From assembly GCA_965214775.1 (NCBI GenBank), contig OZ243974.1:64001-128000 (forward strand): DNA of 64,000 bases, given 5' to 3'. The notes under the pieces were generated by a model. The model searched no databases. It was not told the DNA's origin and saw only the letters and a list, made by a program, of their open reading frames with translations. Both the position numbers and the translations under genes were made by a program. This stretch comes from Nitrosopumilus sp. GTDB taxonomy: Archaea > Thermoproteota > Nitrososphaeria > Nitrososphaerales > Nitrosopumilaceae. Each line of letters begins with the position of its first letter. Position 1 is the stretch's first letter. This document shows, piece after piece, positions 58,129-64,000 of this stretch.

Positions 58129-58842
58129 CAGTAATCAATTAAAAAATTAATTAAAGATAACGTTCGGTTTACTCTCTTATTTCATCGCCATAAAACATGA
58201 CATGATTTCAGATCACAAAAGTACACAGGCATAGAACAACAAAAAGTAACCACAGTCACCTATAATTAATTTAAGAATCAAAAGTGAATTGGCCGTGCTG
58301 TGATCTGACATCTTTACAAGCCAGCTTGGTCAAAGGTCATTGGAAAAATTGGAAGTTGCAATAGTTCTCCGTTCATTGCCGACCAGGCAGTATTGCTATT
58401 GGCGTTTTGTCACCATCCAATTTTCCAATGATCAAACAAAATTATTCTAGGAATTTGCTTTTTCTTTTAGTTCTTAATAGGGTGTCACAACTAGAACACG
58501 TTGTTCCATACTCAACATCTTTGCAAATCTCTTTGATGAGGGCTGCAATGATGTTTTAGACAAGTCTGGAGTCCTGTTTTGCGAGTCTAACAAAAAAATT
58601 CTGCAAGTGTGTCCATGTTATTATTTGAAGGAGATTCTCCCAGACGTTTCCGATAAAGGGGGTTTGAGACAAGATTTAGAAAACTGGATAGTCTATTAGA
58701 ATACTTTTGAAGAGTCTCTTTATTTCTTATCGAATCAGCATATGCGCTATGAATCATCCACAGATCTTACAGCATCCATCGTAATTTCCATCGCATCATC
58801 CCGTAATAGTGGGGGGCTATTTTAGGGCCATAACTGTGAATA

Positions 58843-58917
58843 CGGACCCGGCCGGATTCGAACCGGCGACCTAACGCTCCGCAAGCGTTCGCACTATCCA
58901 AGCTATGCAACGAGTCC
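58843..58917 (-). tRNA. tRNA-Arg(GCG)
   Basis: Acceptor GGACTCG/CGGGTCC-G; anticodon arm AACGC-TTGCGGA-GCGTT; GCCGG-TTCGAAT-CCGGC. Confidence 0.95.
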
Positions 58918-58939
58918 GAAAAGATTGGCAAGGTTAGGC

Positions 58940-59773
58940 TTAATTTGGATTGCTATTAGCAGAGTTTGCAAAAATGTATGGCGTCTCGTCAGATTCATGA
59001 AATGTCCAAACAGTCGGAAGGATAACGGCCTGGATCTTTTTCAGACTGTTATTCTCAATGAATGTTCCCCATCCAGCCTCACCTTTAGGATCTGGAGCAT
59101 ATTTTGGAGACAGTGTACCTGCAAAAGCCCAGCCAGACTTTTGCCTTAATTCTGAGTCAATCTTCTCCAAGACGCCAGATGCCAGGCCAGTTCCACCCAT
59201 TTGGGCAATACCGCCAACAAAGAATATGGGACGAATCAGGTTCAACGAAAGATAGTCAAAGGCTGTCGCATCAGAACAACAAGGATGAAAATCAAGAGGT
59301 GATGCCAGTAATTTTTGAAGATCAACTAACGTGTCATCAAGTTCAATACTGTATGACTCCATATCAAGCACTTTGCCACAAAATGCGATTCGTCCATCGC
59401 CTGAGCCAACATCAACAATTTCAGAATATCCAAGTTCTTCGGCAAGCAATGTGCCAACATATGCAGACATTATCCATGTCGGGGAAAATGGGGCATTGCT
59501 AGAGCAGCCGTGTTGAATGCTGTCTAGCCAGTATCTGTTAATGTCGCCTTCATAAACAATGCAATCCACATTGTTGACTCTCAATTCATATGAATCGTAA
59601 TAGATGGGATTCTTTGCTGCAAACTGATGCAGCAATTCCAGGTCCTGTTGTGGGACAAAAAATGTTTCAGACGTAGATTTTGGGATTACCTCTTGGACTT
59701 GGGTTTTGCCATGACAGATTTTTGCAAACTCCTTTTTTAGGTCTACGAGGTTTTTTGCAAGTTGTTCAATCAT
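58940..59773 (-). CDS. Class I SAM-dependent methyltransferase-like protein
   Basis: IVDVGSGDGRI, SIELD, SDA. Confidence 0.75.
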   Translation of the reverse strand: MIEQLAKNLVDLKKEFAKICHGKTQVQEVIPKSTSETFFVPQQDLELLHQFAAKNPIYYDSYELRVNNVDCIVYEGDINRYWLDSIQHGCSSNAPFSPTWIMSAYVGTLLAEELGYSEIVDVGSGDGRIAFCGKVLDMESYSIELDDTLVDLQKLLASPLDFHPCCSDATAFDYLSLNLIRPIFFVGGIAQMGGTGLASGVLEKIDSELRQKSGWAFAGTLSPKYAPDPKGEAGWGTFIENNSLKKIQAVILPTVWTFHESDETPYIFANSANSNPN

Positions 59774-60201
59774 GACAATCCTTTCTGATACTGCATGACA
59801 AATTCTTTGGTGCTCATCTTTTTACGAAGATCCTCAAACATGCAGGATTCTTTTTCAATTTCTTCCCTGGATTTTTCGCCAGGGTTTGATTGTAGAATTT
59901 TGGTTGTTTCCCGAATGGAGTCGGTTAATGATTCAAGGATTTTCGGGTGAATTTTAGCATCAAAGTTTGAAGATATGTAATTTTTTGCATCAGAGATCTT
60001 GGAGATCAGAGGCTTGCACTCATCGCCTCCTGATAGCTGCTGCCGGGAGAGCATCTCACACATTGAGGATACGTTGATGACCTGATAGTAGGTTTCTACG
60101 ATTTCAGGCACTTCCATATCAAACTCGTAGGCTCTTGATACAAAATTTCGGAGTTTTGCAAGCTCAGCATCAAGCATTGCGGAAATATCATCGGCACTCA
60201 C
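59770..60201 (-). CDS. Hypothetical helical protein
   Basis: 143-aa open frame with a 4-bp overlap to the next gene. Confidence 0.7.
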   Translation of the reverse strand: MSADDISAMLDAELAKLRNFVSRAYEFDMEVPEIVETYYQVINVSSMCEMLSRQQLSGGDECKPLISKISDAKNYISSNFDAKIHPKILESLTDSIRETTKILQSNPGEKSREEIEKESCMFEDLRKKMSTKEFVMQYQKGLS

Positions 60202-60246
60202 AGTGAAGGAATGATCGTCGAATTCTTAAAAATGTTAGTGTCTATG

Positions 60247-60954
60247 CTAGGCTTCTTGCTCTGCTTTTTTGACAAACAGATAGTTCATAATCAGTCCTGC
60301 TATGATGCCCCCAACAATCGGGGCTGCCCAATACAGCCAGTGAAATTCCCAAGAGCCGGACATTAATGCCGGACCAAAGGTTCTTGCCGGATTCATCGAT
60401 GCGCCGGTAAGCGGAACGCCCACTACGTGTAACAGGAAAACCATTCCGCCGATTGTAAATCCATGCCATCCAGGAGATGCTTTCTTGTGAACTGCCGTCA
60501 TAAAGATTACGGTGACCAGGAAGAATGTGAAAATCACCTCAAGTGCAAATGCTGAACCAATGCTGCCGTTAATCAAATCGCTTGGGCCGCCCTGAGTACC
60601 AAAGTTCACTTTGGCGCCAAGTTCGGGTAAAATTGCCTTAAGAGTCGCAGCTGCTGCCACTGCTCCGACAATTTGTGAAGCAATATAGCCGATACCATCT
60701 GTGATTCCGATTTTTCTTGTGATCATCATGGGAATGGTAACTGCTGGATTGATATGCGCGCCAGAGATGTGTCCAAAAGCATAGACCATAAATGCGATTG
60801 CTGCACCGTGAGCAATTGAGATAAACAGCACTGACTGCGTGCTCAGCTCTTCGCCAAATGACGCAATTGCCAAGATTACTGAAAGCGGGCCGAAAAACAC
60901 CAATCCATATGTAGAAATTGCTTCGGCAAGGTACGCTCTTGGATTAACCATCAA
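60247..60954 (-). CDS. MIP family aquaporin
   Basis: SGAHINPAVT and GASMNPARTFGP. Confidence 0.95.
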   Translation of the reverse strand: MMVNPRAYLAEAISTYGLVFFGPLSVILAIASFGEELSTQSVLFISIAHGAAIAFMVYAFGHISGAHINPAVTIPMMITRKIGITDGIGYIASQIVGAVAAAATLKAILPELGAKVNFGTQGGPSDLINGSIGSAFALEVIFTFFLVTVIFMTAVHKKASPGWHGFTIGGMVFLLHVVGVPLTGASMNPARTFGPALMSGSWEFHWLYWAAPIVGGIIAGLIMNYLFVKKAEQEA

Positions 60955-61056
60955 GCAAACCCCCCGTCAGTTTCCATATAAAAGATTCGGACTAGGTTTT
61001 TGATCCAAGCTAGGAGGCCAAAAAGTAATTAATTACAGAATATCTGATCATAGAAC

Positions 61057-61521
61057 ATGCTAAAAGAGGGAGATTCAGTTCCGAAATTCCAAGCAATGGA
61101 CTCAAACGGCAACAAGGTAAAATCTACAGGCTTTAAGGGCAAAAAACACGTAATCTATTTTTACCCAAAGGACTTTACTCCAGGATGCACAACTGAGGCC
61201 GATGAATTTGCAAAAGAGTACAAAAAATTCCAAAAACAGGGAATCGAGATTATCGGGGTCAGTCCAGACGGTGTAGACTCGCACAGAAAATTCTGTGACA
61301 AGATGGGCATCAAATTTCCACTATTATCTGACGTTGACAAGGAGATCTCAAAATCATTCGGGGTTTGGGGACTGAAAAAATTCATGGGCAGGGAATACAT
61401 GGGAGTCATGAGAAGCACGTTTTTGGCAGATGAGAAAGGAAAAATTTTCAAGGCATATACGAAGGTAAAGCCTGCCGGACATGCCCAACAAGTGCTAGAT
61501 GATTTTAAGAATCTAAATTAA
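61057..61521 (+). CDS. bcp: Peroxiredoxin Q (BCP)
   Basis: YFYPKDFTPGCTTEA. Confidence 0.93.
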   Translation: MLKEGDSVPKFQAMDSNGNKVKSTGFKGKKHVIYFYPKDFTPGCTTEADEFAKEYKKFQKQGIEIIGVSPDGVDSHRKFCDKMGIKFPLLSDVDKEISKSFGVWGLKKFMGREYMGVMRSTFLADEKGKIFKAYTKVKPAGHAQQVLDDFKNLN

Positions 61522-61553
61522 AAATAAATTAAAAGAGAAGATTTTAAAAAAGA

Positions 61554-62555
61554 TCAGAATCCTTTTGGAAGAGTTCCTCTAGATTGTTTTGGTGCCTCAG
61601 GTTCGGGTTCGGGTTGTGGTTCGAAGCCTTTTGGCAAACTGCCTCTTGTAGCCGAAGCTCTCTTCTTTGCTTCTTCTTCAAGTAATCTATCAAACTCTTT
61701 TTCTTGCTCGATTCTTTGTTTTTCAATTCTTTCCAGGTAATCTTTTTCATATTCCTCGAGTTGTTCTTTTCTTGATTTGCCTTCACTTGAACCATAGCTG
61801 GTTTGTTCTGGCGGAGGAGGTGTTTGCTGTTGCTGTGCTTGTGCTTGTGCTTGTGCTTGTGCTTGTTCCATACCTTTTGGAAGGGTGCCACGTTTTGGTT
61901 TTGGCGGTTCTGGAGGAGGCGCCTGTTGCTGTTGCTGTGCTTGTGCTTGTGCTTGTGCACCAACACCCTCAACGCTCAAGTTAGCGCCGCTGAAACTGCC
62001 AAACGTTTTGTCCGGTGGGTGGTATGCAAGTCTTGCCCTTGTTGCAAAGTACTGGTTTGATGGTTGCGTGTAACCAGTAACCTTTGCCTTTTGCTCATTC
62101 CAGTTTGTTGTTGGAACTTTTCCGACTGGAGCGGTTCTTCTAACAAAGTATCTGTTGGGAGCCGGCGAATAACCTGTAACTTTAGCCCTGTACTCGTGAA
62201 AGCTTGTTTCTGGAGCGTCATAGTACGCGTTCTCCAGGGCCTCCTGTACGGTTGCCGGAGGTTGTGAAACTGTCTCAGCCGGCTTTGGTGCTGCTTCCTG
62301 TGGCTTGGGGGATTCTGCCGGCTTTTCCATTCCTTTAGGAAGGGTTCCTTTTGGTTTGGTTGCTGCAGCAGGCTTTTCGGCCGGCTTTGTCTCAGCGGGC
62401 TTTGTCTCAGCGGGCTTTGTCTCAGCGGGCTTTGTCTCAGCGGGCTTTGGGGCAGGCTTTTCAAGTTGTGCAGATAATTTTGATAGTTTTTCTTCTAATT
62501 CGGTGATTTTTGCTTCAAGATCTTTTTTTGTTGTTGTTTTGCGTTTTGTTGCCAT
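61554..62555 (-). CDS. Low-complexity P/A/E/K/Q-rich protein with internal repeats
   Basis: (PAETK)n, (AQ)n, four G(T/S)LPKG motifs, two AKVTGY..P.N.YF repeats. Confidence 0.8.
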   Translation of the reverse strand: MATKRKTTTKKDLEAKITELEEKLSKLSAQLEKPAPKPAETKPAETKPAETKPAETKPAEKPAAATKPKGTLPKGMEKPAESPKPQEAAPKPAETVSQPPATVQEALENAYYDAPETSFHEYRAKVTGYSPAPNRYFVRRTAPVGKVPTTNWNEQKAKVTGYTQPSNQYFATRARLAYHPPDKTFGSFSGANLSVEGVGAQAQAQAQQQQQAPPPEPPKPKRGTLPKGMEQAQAQAQAQAQQQQTPPPPEQTSYGSSEGKSRKEQLEEYEKDYLERIEKQRIEQEKEFDRLLEEEAKKRASATRGSLPKGFEPQPEPEPEAPKQSRGTLPKGF

Positions 62556-63657
62556 TTCTTAAAGTAAATAATGCATTGTTTATTTACATTTTGCTTGAAA
62601 TCATCTAACTTTCTTACATTGTAATCAGATCGCAGTAAATATAATTAAAAACACAGCCCGTTTTGCCCCTTATTCTCAACTTTGGTGTTATTTTATCAGC
62701 CCAGAAATTAAAGCAACATCCAACAATTAAGAAAAATTACCTAAATTGAAAAATATGGCAAATTTGCGTGGTTTGGGAATTTATTAATCTGATGGCGCGG
62801 TATTTCTTCAAGGATGCCACAATTGCAGTATTTTGTCACGTGGGGTACAGTTGGAGTATAACCAGATATGACCACATCAGCAGCACCTAAAGCCGTATTA
62901 TTTGAAAAGATCACAGTTCCGTTAGAAAATGTCAGGGTTCCTGACTCTACAGGGTATGCAGGTTTGTCAGGAAACACATATCTGCAGTTTTGTGGTTTTG
63001 AGCTAGGGCATCATCACATTTTAGGCAATCATCCTCAAGTTCCAATAAATGCTGCGTCAAGAGATCAGCTGGTGGTGTTGGCTTTCCAGCATTTACCTCC
63101 CCAATAACCTACGCCATCGCCAATATCTGTGAGTAACGTCCTGCAAAGGGGTTTGTAATCACTGAATGGCCAAAAAAATTAATGCCAACAATGCTGCAAA
63201 AATTCTGATCCTGTATCAAGCCACTAAAACACAAACTGCCTGATATTGCAGGCAACAAAATCCAAAAGGCAAATGCACATGCAGGCATAAGAATTGCAAA
63301 CTTGTAGTGCTTTTTCATGTTTGGTCAAATACATCACAAAACCAGTAAATTTTAATTTGCTTATTCTGTCTGTCTTTCTGTCTTTGGGAATTTTCAACCA
63401 GTCCATCAATGTGCCGTGCAACAAGAATCCAAAGGGCCAAACTTGAGAAAACAGCAGCAGCTGGCCACAATTCCGTCATTCTTGCACCTTCAAGAAGAGG
63501 ATAATAAAAGATACCTTGGCAGTTTGTGCCGGTGAGTCACTACAGGTTGCAAGTGAACTGCCAAGTTCCCGGCAGATCGCGCATTTGCATCTACTGCCAA
63601 CACAGTAGTTTTCTGAAAGATGAAAAATAATATTTAGGGAAAAAATCTAGAGAAACC

Positions 63658-64000
63658 ATGACAGATATGTTACAAACTTGGGTTGAAAGAATTCGAACTA
63701 ATGATCCTGGCCGAGTAGCAGAATTGTACCATGATGATGGGCTATTGCTTGGAACCTTCTCGGACATAGAGCGCCCCGGACGTGGTCTTATTTTGGAATA
63801 CTTTGAAAACTTGCTAAAGTCTCAAGTTGATGTCGAGATTGTCACACAACACAAGCATGAAATTGATTCGCTAGTGGTAAACTCTGGCCTGTACAATTTC
63901 ATAGTAGATGGCAAAACCGTAAATGCAAGATTCTCATTTGTTTTCAAAAGAACTGGCGATGTCTGGAAAATACTGTCACATCATTCTTCGGTCCTTCCTA
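63658..64000 (+). CDS. NTF2-like (DUF4440/SgcJ-EcaC-like) protein; runs off the window end
   Basis: MTDMLQTW...VAELYHDDGLLLGT...SGLYNF...ARFSFV...WKILSHHSS; absent from the ORF track. Confidence 0.85.
   Translation, partial: MTDMLQTWVERIRTNDPGRVAELYHDDGLLLGTFSDIERPGRGLILEYFENLLKSQVDVEIVTQHKHEIDSLVVNSGLYNFIVDGKTVNARFSFVFKRTGDVWKILSHHSSVLP

Noticed and set aside
58270-58800. Possible decayed genes upstream of tRNA-Arg
   Set aside because: Frames are short and interrupted; no family can be supported.
62741-63480. Short minus-strand ORFs, possibly a fragmented membrane or secreted protein gene
   Set aside because: No recognisable motifs; cannot distinguish pseudogene fragments from noise without a search.
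1-64000. rRNA, SRP RNA or RNase P RNA genes
   Set aside because: No diagnostic conserved sequence seen.

Overview
Archaeal DNA with the gene content of an ammonia-oxidising thaumarchaeon (Nitrosopumilaceae/Cenarchaeum-like; the IS/MITE load, pseudogenes and microsatellite expansions suggest a host-associated lineage, which is inference). Core genes: cofG-cofH-pmbA, htrA, amt with two P-II proteins, purM, elp3, class I lysS, rpl40e, sucCD, ferritin, tag, an aquaporin, bcp, a His-repeat cupredoxin, tRNA-Val(CAC) with a non-canonical 44/45 intron, and tRNA-Arg(GCG). The window opens with the 5' part of a large LVIVD-repeat surface protein on the minus strand that the ORF track misses. Accessory regions carry IS481, IS3 and three IS5/IS4-superfamily element types, plus about nine MITE families that are often nested and show distinct target duplications. 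The strongest candidate for an uncharacterised system is an intact DUF3800 (RNase H-like) nuclease gene with a compact structured RNA hairpin starting at its stop codon (43842-44590), sitting in an otherwise decayed island. All calls are by-eye motif and pairing analysis; no database searches were run.
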